Source: Phyllobates terribilis (taxonomy: Eukaryota). From it: DNA of 64,000 nucleotides. The stretch is from contig NW_027362762.1 of the NCBI RefSeq assembly GCF_046119375.1, positions 855,662,001 through 855,726,000 on the forward strand, given 5' to 3'. How positions within the stretch are numbered: the first letter of the stretch is position 1; each line of letters begins with the position of its first letter. Below, piece after piece: positions 46,801 through 59,254 of the stretch. Made by a program: the position numbers and the translations under genes. The notes under the pieces are model-generated. The model was not told where the DNA came from and made no database searches. It worked only from the letters and a program-made list of their open reading frames with translations.

Positions 46801-47955
46801 TTCTTGGTTGTCGTCCCCGTCAAGGACTTAACGGCTCAAACAGTAGCTAGAGCCTTCCAGCAGCACTTCTGCCGTCCACACGGGTACCCGGACCAAGTGC
46901 TGACGGACCAGGGACCTGCCTTTGAAGCGGAGGTCTTCCAGGAATTCTGCAATCTGTATGGCTGCCGGAAGATAAGGACGACACCCTATCATCCGCAAAC
47001 TAATGGACTTTGTGAGAAAATGAACCAGGTGGTAATGGATCTCCTGAAAACGTTGCCTCTGGAAGAACGCAGTCTGTGGCCTGAGAAGCTGCCCGATCTG
47101 GTGGACCTATACAACCACATCCCGGTAGGTTCCACCAACTGTACCCCGGCTTACCTAATGAGGGCGAGACCTGGTAAGTTACCTGTTGACCTGGAAATGG
47201 GAGTCCTGACACCCGAGGACACTTCACCAGAAGCAGACTGGGACACAGAGAGGCAGCAGCAGTACCGGAAAGTACAGGAGAGCGTGGAGCGGAGTCTCTG
47301 TCAGGCTAGGGAAAGACAAGAGAAAACTTACAACCAGTATGCTCCCGCTGTTCCCCTGGTACCCGGAGAGCAGGTCTTGAAGAGGAAAAGACGGCTCCAC
47401 AAGTTGGACGACCAGTGGGAGAAGGACCCGTACACCGTACTGCCCTCAAGCCATGAGAACCCGAAAGTCTGTACCATCAGTAAAGACGGAGGGGAGACCA
47501 TAGCCATTGTATCCCGGGATCACCTGAAAAAGTGTCCTGAACAGCTACGGAACCCTGAAGAGGAACAAGAAGACCATCGACCCATAAAGGAAAGGGAAGA
47601 TATGGTTAGTACTGTGCTCGGAGACTTCCCTCGGTCCTGGACTCAAGTCAATGGTGCAGTTGTGGTACCCGTCCTCACGTTCCTCCAACCAGCATCCCAA
47701 GTGCCTACGGAGCAACAGGTAGAGCTGGAAGAGCAGCCGGTCCAGGAGGCAGAAGACTCCACACAAGCAGAACAGGAGGATCAACCCTCTGCTTATAGTG
47801 AGCCTGCCGTACCCCTAGTGAGCCAAAGAGCCGGTAGACAGCTGCCCAGTTTACCCTTGACAGCTCCTACACCCTGTAGTTCAGGGCTAGACAGTCAGCT
47901 CCGTAGGTCCACTAGGGCCACTAGAGGCCAGTTACCCGCACGTTGGAGGATTTGA
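43819..47955 (+). CDS. pol: Pol (protease, RT, RNase H, integrase), expected to be translated as Gag-Pol
   Basis: LLDTGS, YLDD, YTDAS, H..AGH..C..C, LD..TDQG..E; uninterrupted in Gypsy order (track ORF 43900-47955, 1351 aa); frame open back to the slippery site. Confidence 0.95.
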   Translation, partial: FKLAQPRVEGQPLGKRSSGPSNWRDKYVGGRPVLPVVLDGIPMSALLDTGSQVTTIPYVLFKQYWNDSDITRYPDDDLSIIASNGQPVPQIGFKEVTIKIGRVEVAAQGLIIVDIDKHESHPKITLGTNVIENCLAEVIFLLQQVAKNASSGEQRVLQKEIRALMRRQQVELSGGEIGSVRMCDPFPIAMPPKSEMMIWCRAAIGLRGRDYQAMVEPVYSDSRPTILTARGVVNVRHGRVPVRIINIGKREVYLPRYATLAKLYTINQNAIQSVEPLPPSHPEEGNGSKKTMEDWCRQLHLGTDSTPSHQKQGVYRVVQEYERVFSKHPLDFGRVKGVEHHIPTGDHPPIKERYRPVPPAHYQHAKGMLRDMKEAGVIRDSCSPWAAPLVLVKKKDNTMRMCVDYRKINRITHKDAYPLPRIEESLAALRSANFFSTLDLTSGYWQVPVAEADREKTAFTTPMGLSEFTCMPFGLCNAPGTFQRLMECCLGHRNFETVLLYLDDVIVYSKTYEDHLKHLAEVFEALASYGLKVKPSKCHLLKPKVQYLGHVVSADGVAPDPDKITAIKEWPSPSSVKEVRQFLGLVGYYRRFIPGFTKKAAPMQDLLIGQSRKAKNQKPPFRWEKLEEESFRQLKMALTGDEILAYPDYSQPFILYTDASNIGLGAVLSQIQQGKERVIAYASRKLRPTERNPENSSSFKLEFLAVVWAVTERFKHYLASSRFVVYTDNNPLTHLDTARLGALEQRWMARLSNYEFTIKYRAGRSNTNADALSRMPNLPDVGEDPEGLEEVELPAFHRHGTIQYSHRVRSKQGATLNPLPHYNWAETQDSDPAVRLVKEMLTWPEARLDPDAPEEAKQLWAEKSRLFLYKGKLCRRMVNSRTHELIWQVVVPRRDAAMVMEAYHDGAGHFGWKKLEFLLRGRFHWVGMRGTIERWCRDCGPCNLRRKDRASQKTPLQSIVTRQPLELVALDHVKLTPSRSGYVYALTIVDHYSRFLVVVPVKDLTAQTVARAFQQHFCRPHGYPDQVLTDQGPAFEAEVFQEFCNLYGCRKIRTTPYHPQTNGLCEKMNQVVMDLLKTLPLEERSLWPEKLPDLVDLYNHIPVGSTNCTPAYLMRARPGKLPVDLEMGVLTPEDTSPEADWDTERQQQYRKVQESVERSLCQARERQEKTYNQYAPAVPLVPGEQVLKRKRRLHKLDDQWEKDPYTVLPSSHENPKVCTISKDGGETIAIVSRDHLKKCPEQLRNPEEEQEDHRPIKEREDMVSTVLGDFPRSWTQVNGAVVVPVLTFLQPASQVPTEQQVELEEQPVQEAEDSTQAEQEDQPSAYSEPAVPLVSQRAGRQLPSLPLTAPTPCSSGLDSQLRRSTRATRGQLPARWRI

Positions 47956-48319
47956 AGTGTATAAATTGTTTTATTTGTGGTTACCTGTTTTTCTTGTTGC
48001 TTGTGTATAATTATGTGTTTCTAGTTATTTATAGGAGTCCTTGGTGGATTTACCGGGAATCCTTGTACATGGTTGGAGCGTAACCTAGGAATGGACTAAA
48101 GACTGTTAAGGACTCGGGGCAGGACAGACCCCTACCTGGTTACGTCTCCCTGTTTTGATGAAATGGACACCTTTGTTTTCTTCAAATACTGCACCCGGTT
48201 GCGGACACGCCGTAACCATCTTTATGTGTTTTTCTTATTGTATTATTATTGTTTATACCTTGTTATGTTTTTCTAAAAATATGTTTAGTCCCGGAGTACT
48301 AAATTTCACTAGGGGGGAA

Positions 48320-49320
48320 TGTGGCACCCCAGGGGTCTGGTTTCCACAGTAACAGCAATGTTATGTCTGAGAGCAGGTGGGAGGTCTCTTGGTCAGGAAT
48401 CCTATGCATGCCACACCTCCTGCCCAGTCCTGGGAGGGGAAGGACTTCCCCTATATAAACCTGGGGCTGAGGCAGGGTTAGTGAGTAGAGAAGAAGTAGA
48501 GACAGAGAAAAGAAGCAAATATAGGAACAGAACATCAGGAACTCTGTGGGAGCAGTGTTACAAGGAGTCAGGGGCTGGCAGCTGCAGAGCTCGCCCTGAC
48601 TGAGAAGATTTCTTACCGGACCCGGAGTCCGAGGCTGTGGGGACTAACTCCTACCCAGCAGCAGAATCTGTCAGGCAGGGGATTCCAGGTCCTCTGGCCA
48701 AGAAACCCGAAGGCACGGTCACACGCATGGGACCAGCACCGCCGTCGTGGAGCGGAAGCTACTAGAAGGCCCCGAGTCACCGGCCATACGGGTGAGCACC
48801 ACACGGCACACTCAGGGACGTGGGCTACTTTTACCCGCCTCTAGCAAGGTAGCCAGAAGAGTACAGTTAGTTTGGGAGGCCTACAACTCCGCCTGGCCAG
48901 GGGAGATCCCATCTGCTCAAGGACTGACCAGGCCCCAATCGCTAGCCAGTACTCCGGGAGGGTCTATCTTTGTCACCAGTAAAGACCCTGAACTACACCG
49001 TACCGTCTCCGAGTGGTTCCTGCTACCCCCATCATCCACGTCGGCTGCCCTGAGGCCATACCCCTCCCGTTAGGGGTTATACTATCACGCTGCACAATCC
49101 TACCACCGGCCTCAGCGGTCTGCCCTGCAGCAGAAGCTCCTTAGCTGTACTCAACGGGTGGCGTAGTCGTCCAACATCTACCGCTAATACAGTGCCACTT
49201 AGTCTGACTCCCTGGGCACGGACCGGATCACCGCCACGAGACTACAACCCTCAAGAGATCCGGCTCCGGGTAAGCTCCCGCGTGCGCAACGCAGCGCGAC
49301 ACAGGCCCAGGGGCGCGTCA
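48320..49320 (+). repeat. 3' LTR, preceded by the polypurine tract AGGGGGGAA (48311-48319)
   Basis: Direct copy of 41420-42420. Confidence 0.96.
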
Positions 49321-51207
49321 GTTTGAGCCACCTGATCAGCAGATCTAACTCTTAAGCAGTAGTAATGCTGAGGTCACTAATTCTAAAAACACATTTACAG
49401 CCTCTATAGTTCTCAAGTTGATTATTGAACCTTGTGAGACCGGTCTTAGTAAGTTCACGACGAACTATGTACCTTGCAAATTCAAACATGTCAGTTTACA
49501 CTGATTTTGAGAAGACATTTCCTGACTAAGTACTGTTATTCGTATGGTCAGTAGAGTCTTGACCTAGAAAAGCAGGAAAGTAAAGTGCGGCATAGGCATT
49601 TAGTCCAGTAACTGCATTGATGTGCATAGTTTCTGGCACGTGGATCTGGAACTATGTAGTTGTCAGGAGTATGGTGACTTGACAGTATATTGGCTTGCAT
49701 GTGGGAATCTACAGGTATGTATGGAGTTTGCTGAGACGCAGGGCCCTGGTATGTTCTGGTGTATGAAGATGGTCCAAGATAATGAATTGGCAGTACATTG
49801 TACCGACCTTGAATGTAGGATGCTGTTGAACGTTCTGCGTCCTGGTGCTTTGGAGAAACGTCTATACTGTCAGGAACAATTGTAGCAATCAGGGGTGCGC
49901 TATTTTGGCTCAGTATGTAGACTGTTGTGTGCATAGGAGGGTCTTCTGCATTCATTTTGCTTAAACTGATGCTTTCTCTTTGACTCTCATTGATAGCTTG
50001 TTCCAGGACCTTTAACATTTGCCATGACTAGTATGCTCACACTCCTGCACTAGCGCCTCTTTTTCATTCTGCTTCTGCTTCTGCTACTGAGCTCGCTTCC
50101 AATGGGTTAATTTCCACATTCCTGTGTGCCACTTCTGCTGCTGCATTGCTTCCAGTGTATCAATTTCTGGCTTCTTTTGTGCAAAGGTGGCTTGTATGTT
50201 AGTAGCCTCAGCTTCTGCACATGTCTTTATAAGTTGCTCACTGAGAATTGGACATTTAGAAGAGCGTGACTTGGATGATAGTTTTGACTGCTTGGTGGAC
50301 CCAAAAATGCGAGATGACGCTTCTTGTATTTGTGCGATTCTTGCCTGTCTTAGGCTTAATATCACATACTGTGCGGTCTCTCACAATTAAGTTGCTGGAA
50401 ACCTTGCAGTTCTTCTAGAGGATCCTGTATATTAAGTTTCTTTACAGTCATAAAGTATTCCTGGCTTTTCCTTGTATAAACTTCATATGTTGCAAACAGT
50501 TGTCCTAGACCTCCCTCTAACCATCAATGTGTGCTTGGTAGAGTAGAGCATTTAGACTTCTCACTGGACTGTGGATTAAGATCTATACTATTTTCATCTG
50601 ACTGTGGATCTTGCAAAGACTGCACAGTCTTCCCTTCAGACATGGCACCGCACAGGCAGAATGGATCTGTATAGAGATGTGGGCTACTGGATTCTAGCAG
50701 GATCTATGCTGAGGGAGAATGAGCAATGAGTGCTTTCCACACACTGATGATTTATTCTTTGCTGATGGTAGACCTTCCATTGCCTGATGCTGTATCTCTA
50801 TAGAAGCTGTAATCTGGCTTTGCAGATGTATCTGGCAGATGTTTTTACTATTCTGACTCCATAACTAGAACGTGAGGGTGAGGCTCTCAAAACATTGTTT
50901 CTATGGATGTCTGTATTGACCATTACTATCACAAAGTGATTTCATCAGATACTTGGCTTGACTGCAGAGGCACATATGAAGATTCCAGAATAAGTTTTAT
51001 TTTCCAGCTGAATTCTTGCAATTATGCACAATTGCGGTAGATAAAAAGACAATTTTAAACCAGAGATGTGTAAATATGAATTAGCAACATGGCCAGCATA
51101 CACTATCTGAGGAAGAAGGGAGGGGTTACTTACATCAGAGCTTGGCTACAGGGAGAGAGGGAGTACAAACTTCTAAAAGGGGCAAACCTTATTGCATAGC
51201 AGCGTAA
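49321..51207 (-). pseudogene. BEL/Pao remnant, upstream part (ORF N-terminus and probable 5' LTR at about 50670-51207)
   Basis: KSRSS...AEAEATNIQATFAQK and EFARYIVRRELTKTGLTRF...ELDLLIRWL join the 41419 side across the Gypsy TSD. The LTR limits are uncertain (TGTTACG start at 51207, AATAAA at about 50995). Confidence 0.65.
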
Positions 51208-52839
51208 CAGCAACAATACAATACAATAATGTATGATTCCCAAGTCGTGGGACATTCTCTGGTGCTGCTCCGGGTGTCTGGTACTGGCTGTGGCACTGAC
51301 ATCGTTTCAACAGCACAACAGCCAATCAGTGAGCTCAGCAGCTCTGCCTGCTCAGACGAAACCCCTCCACACCCGCCCCCCCCGCCCCCGAGCTAATGAG
51401 CTCACTAATTGGTTGCTGCGCTGTCAATGTGATGCTAGTGCTACCACCAATATCGGACACCAGAAGCACTAGAGACTAAGTGTGGGACCTGGGGAGAGAG
51501 AGTAAGGCATTTTTTTTTTGTTTTGTTTTTTTTATAAAAAACTGCAAGTAGTAACCAAGATTTTCTGAAAGGGAATAACAATTGCTAATAGCATCTATTT
51601 TTAAGACAAATGTTCAGTTTTTTTGGAGAGAGATACCCTTGTATCTAGAAGTGATAGCTTAAATAAAGCAGGAGCAGATCTTAGAGCAGAATTGAAACTA
51701 AGCATAGCTGGCCCCAGGTACCGGTGCCAACGCAGAATTCTTTCCATTATGGGAAGAGACAAACATCTTATGTATTATTTTAAGATACAACTTGACTTTT
51801 TGATGCACATCCAAAACACCTCTCATGTCAGTGCTCACCACACACTGGTTATCTCAAAATCTTTTTTCTTTTTTGCGCAAGTTTTCCACTATTACTTTTG
51901 GAAGTTATTGTAAATTTTTTAAATTACAGGTTTCCCACAATAGACATTTAATGTATAACCTATGAGACATCTCTTGGACGTCACTGTCAGGCCCATAAAC
52001 ATTGAATGGGGCAGAGGGACCATGCTCGACCAACTGTTCAGTCAGACCCCAAAGAGGATTGGGTGGCTCTGCACCCCCAGTCTAGTTATTGGTGGAGGTC
52101 CCAGCAGCAACCAGACCTTTATCAACTGTCATATATCCAAGACATGCATCATGACAAGACAATGAATCATATTAGCATCACCTTATACCACCTTATACCA
52201 TATTATATTAACACAGCCAACCAGCTATAATATTCTTGATTCATGCAGTAGTATAATTGGCTGTTGTGATTAATAAGAAGCCATCTATTCTCTGCTACAA
52301 TTTTAATAAGATAAAAATAAGCTGAAGAAAGTTTTGTTTTCATGTCCTATAGAGGAATGAGACCATGGCAATCTTTTTTTATGATTCTGATATCAGAACA
52401 TGTTCATTCTACATTATTATACCATCAGAGCTGACCCACCAGACAAGTTACAATTTATCACATTTTCATACATATTCCCTAAATCTTGTCTATTGACTGC
52501 TAGCCGATCTAATTTAGCCAAATCTCTCATTGCAAGGAAATACCTACATGGATATCATGCATAGAAATTTAAACAGTGGTGTAGATATAGCGGGTGCAGA
52601 AGTGACAGCTGCTCCTGGGCCCTGATGCATAACTGGGGCCCAAAAGCTCCACTGCCACATAAGAGGGCACCTATGTCACAAGCAGGCTATGCTGGGTAGG
52701 TCTGCTCCTTGACTGTCATGCTGTGAATTGACTTTGGCAGCTGTACGCCTATTTATTGTGCCCTCTGCTGGCTACATATGGCAATAATATAACAGTACTT
52801 TAGAATTTCCTCTATAAATAAGCTGTTGGTGTATACAAC

Positions 52840-53830
52840 CAGTGGTGTACTGCTAATAGCAGCAGATCACGCGGCCGCTATGGCATCCGTGAGTCGGGGG
52901 CCCAGTGCCAGCGCTGCGCCTCCCCACGCCCTTCATCACACTTTCAACTGTATCTGGATGCAGATACAGTTGAAAGCAATGATGGAACAGGAAGTAGTCA
53001 GCTCCCTCCTCCATTATTCTTCCTGTGTGTCTGACATCTCAGCGCAGCAGGTGCAATGATATCACTACATCGTGACCCCTGTGCCGAGCGGTGCGAAGCT
53101 TCAGACCACAGGCTGCAGAGATCTGAGCAGAGATGGAACGGGGAGAGGTGAGTATTTTTTTTTTAATCAAGGAGTTGGGGCATCATGCTACTTGGGGCAA
53201 ATCATACAATGTGGAGGGCTATTAAGGGGGTCATCATACTATTTCGAGGACTATGCGAGGGGCCATCACACTATATGAAGGACCATGTGGGGGGCTATCA
53301 TACTATTTCGACGGCTGTGTGGGGACCAATTATACTGTTTGGAGGGCTGTGCGGGGGCCATTATACAGTGTGGAGGGTTGGGTCCATTATACTGAGTGGA
53401 GGATTGTGCGAGGGCCATTATTCTATGTAGGGGGCCATTATACTGTTTAGAGGGTTTTTGTGGGACATTATAATGTGTGTGTGGGGGGGGGGCTATCATA
53501 CTGTGTGTAGGGGTTGTAGGGCCACTATATTGTATGGAGGGCCACTATACTGTATGGAGGGCCACTATACTGTATGGAGGGCCACTATACTGTATGGAGG
53601 GCCATACTGTGTGGGGGCCATCATATTGTGTGGAGAGCTGTGTCGGGGTCATCGTGCTGTGTTGGAGACTATGGGTACATCATACTGTGTTGGCGTCACT
53701 GTGGGGGATATCATAGTTTTCAGCGGGTACTGTAGGGTCATCATAATGTGTGTGTGTGTGTGTGTAGGGTACTGTGGAGGAATTCACTGTGGGGGTATGT
53801 TACTGTGTTTGGAGGCACATTTGTTGGCAT
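52840..53830 (+). mobile_element. Non-autonomous element with a degenerate GGGCCACTATACTGTATGGA-type internal array
   Basis: CAGTGG-starting GC-rich head followed by about 20-bp degenerate repeats at 53200-53800; the right end could not be defined. Confidence 0.45.
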
Positions 53831-54545
53831 CATAATTATTGAGGAAACACAGTGGGGCTTCAGTAGGGGCAAAATTACTTTGCAAGGGCTGCAAAGTTGT
53901 GAGATATGCTTTTCTGTGACCCCATTGAATATTTTTTTTTTTCTGTGGGATGGCAATTAGGACTTATACTATGGTAACCTCTTGATTTCTATGTATGCCC
54001 CTTTATGCAACCATATAGGAAATATTGCCTTTACATAGATTAGCGTCACAGTGCCTCATATGGAAGGAGTTACGTGTATGCCTGATATTTGCCCCTACCT
54101 TTTGGTTTGTGCTCTACACAGTAGGGCATTTTGCTTGTTGGCAGGTCAGTGCTGTGTGTAATGGGGGCTGGCTGACTGACTCATTTTTTGTGCCGACAGG
54201 ACTCAGCAACTGAAAATTGGGGAACTTTTGATAACAAGTGTATATTAGTAAGTTTTCCATATTTATATTTTATTAGTAATACATCTAAAAATATTTTTTT
54301 AACTAAATACACACTTTTTCAGTTCCACCTGGTGGTGACTGATGGGAGCCAGATTTTCTTTTCATTCTGTTCTAAGTTATTGCAGGAGATTTGGAGGTCT
54401 GTATCCAATGCACTCTGCACTTCTATAAGGATATATTAATAAATTAATAAATCAGTATTTGGCTTAAACTAATATGGCATAAAAAGGTGGACAGTCTCTT
54501 TAATAAAAACAAAGATTCAAATTTACTAAGTGCAACTGATCTTAA

Positions 54546-55328
54546 AGGGGTGGTCCGAAAATAATATTGCTTTTAATACTATATGTCTATCTATTTAATG
54601 TACTAATCTACGGTAATCGCTTTTCTAATATGGTTGAAAAAGTCCCTATAGTTCTCTCTCGATTCTCTCTAGCTGCTTTACTTATTTTTTTACCTATTTG
54701 TGGTTTGATGAAATTTCATTTGAGAATCCCAGGTGCATGCTGGGATACTCAAATGTGATGTCATAAGGGGGCTAAGGTTGTGTTCACTGCCGCAGCCTCT
54801 GCCTGCACCCTACTAACGAAGCGTCATCAGTGACGTCCATTTCAGGGGCTGTGCTAGTCCCAGCTCTACTGAGCATGTGTCGGTTGTCAATTCCAATGAA
54901 TCTCCAGGAGAGTTCCCTAACAGTGCGCTCCCTTGCCACTGAGCACTGTCAGTACGCATTGTAAGTAGAAAACGCAGCAAAAAGAGACCAGCCTCACCCC
55001 CAAAAGTGATGTCACTTTAAGGGGCGGGACTGGTCACCTTACAATGCGCACTGACAGTGTGCTGTCCTGTCAGCCCATGATACTTCTCATAATACCCAGC
55101 AAGGGAGTGCACTGTCACTGTGCATTGAAAGTTATATCGCATAGTGATAGGGGAGCTCAAACTCAGCATATGTCGGAATTGACAACCAATGCATGATCAG
55201 TATAGCTGACACCACAGCCTCTGCCCACTGATGACATTTAATTTGAGTATATTGAAAAAACTCTTAGATTACTACATTAAATAGACAGACATTTAGGATT
55301 AAAATCTATTTTAGTTTCAGACCACTCC
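54546..55328. mobile_element. T2/Kolobok-type MITE with internal inverted repeats
   Basis: TTAA then AGGGGTGGTCC ... GACCACTCC then TTAA; internal symmetry (TGTCGGTTGTCAATTCC / GGAATTGACAACC). Confidence 0.65.
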
Positions 55329-56567
55329 TTAAAGCCAGATTAAGGAAAGGAAACATTTAGAATTATTTTCACCAGACACAGTAATAAACTTGTAATTTAT
55401 TTTAAGTTACAAAAACAAAGCTAACTTGTGCTAAAAATACTCCAGTTTTTTTTTTAAATAACATATCTAATATGTACCTAGGTCTATAACGTGCTGCATG
55501 GCACAATCTGACCTCGCATATTAATGTTCCTTCCTAATCAATTGTAGTGTTATTTAAACATTAATGTACATTCTATGCTGATAGATCTATCCTAGGAAAG
55601 GAGACATTGTGACGAAATGTTTGACTGCCCTTGCCAGTTTTGGACTATTAATGGTCCCTTTGGAAGATGTTTATTTCTACGTCTGTTAGCGTCTCGTAGT
55701 AACAGATCAATCGTTTCCCTTTCTAATGAATACTTAACAGTTTATTCCATATACCACTTGGTAATGTTTGCAAAAAAGAAAAAAGGATGTTTAACACCTC
55801 TCGTTGTGAGAAACATAAAGCAATTTTTTTATTTAATCTAAATCAACAATATGTGCAATGTGCCATCAATCTGACAATTATTTACATTCACATCGCCTGC
55901 ATGATCTATATCACTGAATATCTGAATATATCAAAAGAGATTTGATAGCAGCTGAGTTCTGGGATGACTCAGAATATTCAAATAATGTTAATAACAGATG
56001 TCACACATGCAAGGTGACACATAGAAATAATGCTCCACATTCCTGCAGCCCAGGTTTATGGGATGGACAGGGACGGATGTCAGTGGAAGGTTGACCGTAT
56101 GTATTTCCATATTGAAAACTCCTTGTCCTACCCAGCAGTTTGATTTATTTACAAGGAAGGCATTTGACATCATATTTCCATATTTATGTAAGGCGTAATT
56201 GACAGGTCCAAGTAGCAAAAAGGGGAATTTTAACTATATTGGAAATTCATATATTATTTTCCATCCTCCTTGTAGTTTTCATTGATCTATTAAGGTACGG
56301 TTCTCATCCCAAGATACACTCTGTTCCCTCTGATCTTGTCATCCTATGGTCATGAGAGGAGAAACAGATTTAAAATGATAACAGATGATCAGGGGGCACT
56401 GAGTGTTAAATTGCTAAAGATTTGATATTGACGACCTTTCTTCTGGATAGGACATCAATATTTCTGTCCTCGACAACCTTTTTAATGCAATTTATACTAG
56501 TGGGGTTGTCTGAGATTAGAGGAAAGGATCTGCTTTCTTCTTCAGACTGTTCCACTCTCATCCTTTG

Positions 56568-57833
56568 GTTAATATGTCCCTTATCCTGGACCTGTTCTGG
56601 TAATATGTCTCTTATCCTGGACCTGTTCTGGTAATATGTCCCTTATCCTGGGCCTCCTCCTGGTAATATGTCCCTTATCCTGGACCTGTTCTGGTAATAT
56701 GTCCCTTATCCTGGACCTGTTCTGGTAATATGTCTCTTATCCTGGACCTGTTATGGTAATATGTCCCTTATCCTGGGCCTCCTCCTGGTAATATGTCCCT
56801 TATCCTGGGCCTCATCCTGATAATATGTCTCTTATCCTGAGCCCCATCCTGGTAATATGTCCCTTATCCTGGGCCTCATCCTGGTAATATGTCCCTTATC
56901 CTGGGCCTCATCCTGGTAATATGTCCCTTATCCTGGGCCTCATCCTGGTAATATGTCCCTTATCCTGGGCCTCATCCTGGTAATATGTCTCTTATCCTGG
57001 GCCTCATCCTGGTAATATGTCTCTTATCCTGGGCCCCATCCTGGTAATATGTCCCTTATCCTGGGCCTCATCCTGGTAATATGTCCCTTATCCTGGGCCT
57101 CATCCTGGTAATATGTCTCTTATCCTGAGCCTCATCCTGGTAATATGTCCCTTATCCTGGGCCTCATCCTGGTAATATGTCTCTTATCCTGGACCTGTTC
57201 TGGTAATATGTCCCTTATCCTGGGCCTCATCCTGGTAATATGTCCCTTATCCTGGGCCTCATCCTGGTAATATGTCTCTTATCCTGGGCCTCATCCTGGT
57301 AATATGTCCCTTATCCTGGGCCTCATCCTGGTAATATGTCTCTTATCCTGGACCTGTTCTGGTAATATGTCCCTTATCCTGGGCCTCATCCTGGTAATAT
57401 GTCCCTTATCCTGGGCCTCATCCTGGTAATATGTCTCTTATCCTGAGCCTCATCCTGGTAATATGTCCCTTATCCTGGGCCTCATCCTGGTAATATGTCC
57501 CTTATCCTGGGCCTCATCCTGGTAATATGTCTCTTATCCTGAGCCCCATCCTGGTAATATGTCCCTTATCCTGGGCCTCATCCTGGTAATATGTCTCTTA
57601 TCCTGGTAATATGTCCCTTATCCTGGGCCTCATCCTGGTAATATGTACCTTATCCTGGGCCTCAGCCTGGTAATATGTCCCTTATCCTGGGCCTCATCCT
57701 GGTAATATGTCCCTTATCCTGGGCCTCATCCTGGCAATATGTCCCTTATCCTGGGCCTCATCCTGGTAATATGTCCCTTATCCTGGACCCCATCCTGGTA
57801 ATATGTCCCTTATCCTGGGCCTTATCCTGGTAA
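56568..57833 (+). repeat. Minisatellite, 32-bp unit, about 39 copies
   Basis: TAATATGTCCCTTATCCTGGGCCTCATCCTGG head-to-tail; ends at the Gypsy LTR. Confidence 0.96.
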
Positions 57834-59254
57834 TGACTCGCCCCCTGGGCCGTGGGGCACTCGGAGCTGGGCAATCGGGAAATGATGGGGGTAGTAGTGG
57901 CAACCCGGTTCCGTGGCTCAGGGTGGTCAGACCATTGGTAGTCTGCGACGCGCGGTTGATGTGTCCGACTACGTCACTCGTGGATTGCGGTCAGTGCGGA
58001 CCGCCACTGCCAGGTAGACTGCTGGGGCTGATGATGTATGCAGCTGGGATAGTGTGACTCCCCACGGGAAGAGTGCAGCCCCAGGGCAGTGGAGTGGATG
58101 GTGGGAGTGATGGTGATGAGAGTCCCAGTACCGATAGTGCTGGAGGAGCAAGGAGCACACAGACAACAGGTTGCAGTCCAGGGTCTTTACTAGAACAGGT
58201 GAACTGACCCACAAACAGTCCCGGCTAGGAGGGGACCTGGATGTCTGAGAGCAAATGGGAAGTTGGCCCTGGTCAGGGTGAGGGTGTAGGCCTACCGTGC
58301 TCTCTGCGCTCCTTCTGGCTATCTCCTCCTGATAGGGTAACAGCCCACGGTCCGATCTCACCGTGTATTCTCGCCTGTATGGCCTGCAACGTGGGTCCCT
58401 TTCTACTCCCGGCCTGGTACGGCTTTGCTGGTCCCTTCTGTTGTGGCAGAGCCTCCGGGCTTCTCAGGCCAAGGAACATACAGTCCCCTGCGGACTGGTT
58501 ATCTGCTGCAGGACGTGGAATCCTCACAGCCTCAGACACCAAAGTCTGGTAAAATGGAGTTCTTTGTCTGTCAAGACAGGCTCACTTCGCCTCTTGTCTC
58601 TGGCTTGTGGCTCTCCTACTACCACACTTCCTCTTAGGGTGCAATACAACTGTCCCTCACTGCTCTGGGACACTTCTCTATCCAGAGACAGGTCGTCCAG
58701 TTCTCTCTAACCCTGCCCCCAGTTCCAGATTTTATAGGGGCAGCCTGCTCCCCCTACTGGCCTGAGACAAGAGTTATTGCATGCTAATGTTCCCCTGACC
58801 AGAGAACCTCACCCTTGCTCTCAGACACAGCTTTTTTATATTTGTGGCATCCAGGCCAGGGTGACACATTCCCCCCTAGTAGAATTTAGTACTCCGGGAC
58901 TAAACAGTAAACAAAGATAATATACATGACTATAAAACATTAGTAGACAAACGACGCACAGATTGAGTTCTTAAGGTCACAGTGTGGTCTGTGACCGGGT
59001 GTCCATCTCACCAACACAACGGGGAGCCTTAACCAGGTGGGGGTCTGTCCTACCCCAAGTCCTTTACAGTCTTAGTTCATTCCTTGGTCAGGCTCCGAAC
59101 GCAGTCCATACAAAGTCCCGGTTATTAAAAGTCCATAACCTTTGAGTCCGTACGGTAACTGCAAGAAACTGAAATACACTATTAATAATCATGCAGGTAA
59201 CTTTGCAAACATTTCAACATTTGGCAATATGGTTATTTACAATTTTAGTGCACT

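Larger units (their letters stand above)
41420..49320 (+). mobile_element. Full-length Gypsy/Ty3 LTR retrotransposon (7901 bp)
   Basis: Two 1001-bp LTRs, 4-bp TSD GTTT, PBS, PPT, intact gag and pol. Confidence 0.97.

Noticed and set aside
56400-56600. Minus-strand open frame (MRVEQSEEES...) next to the 32-bp array
   Set aside because: It has no acceptor, the array unit is not a multiple of 3 and contains stops, and the peptide is unrecognised.
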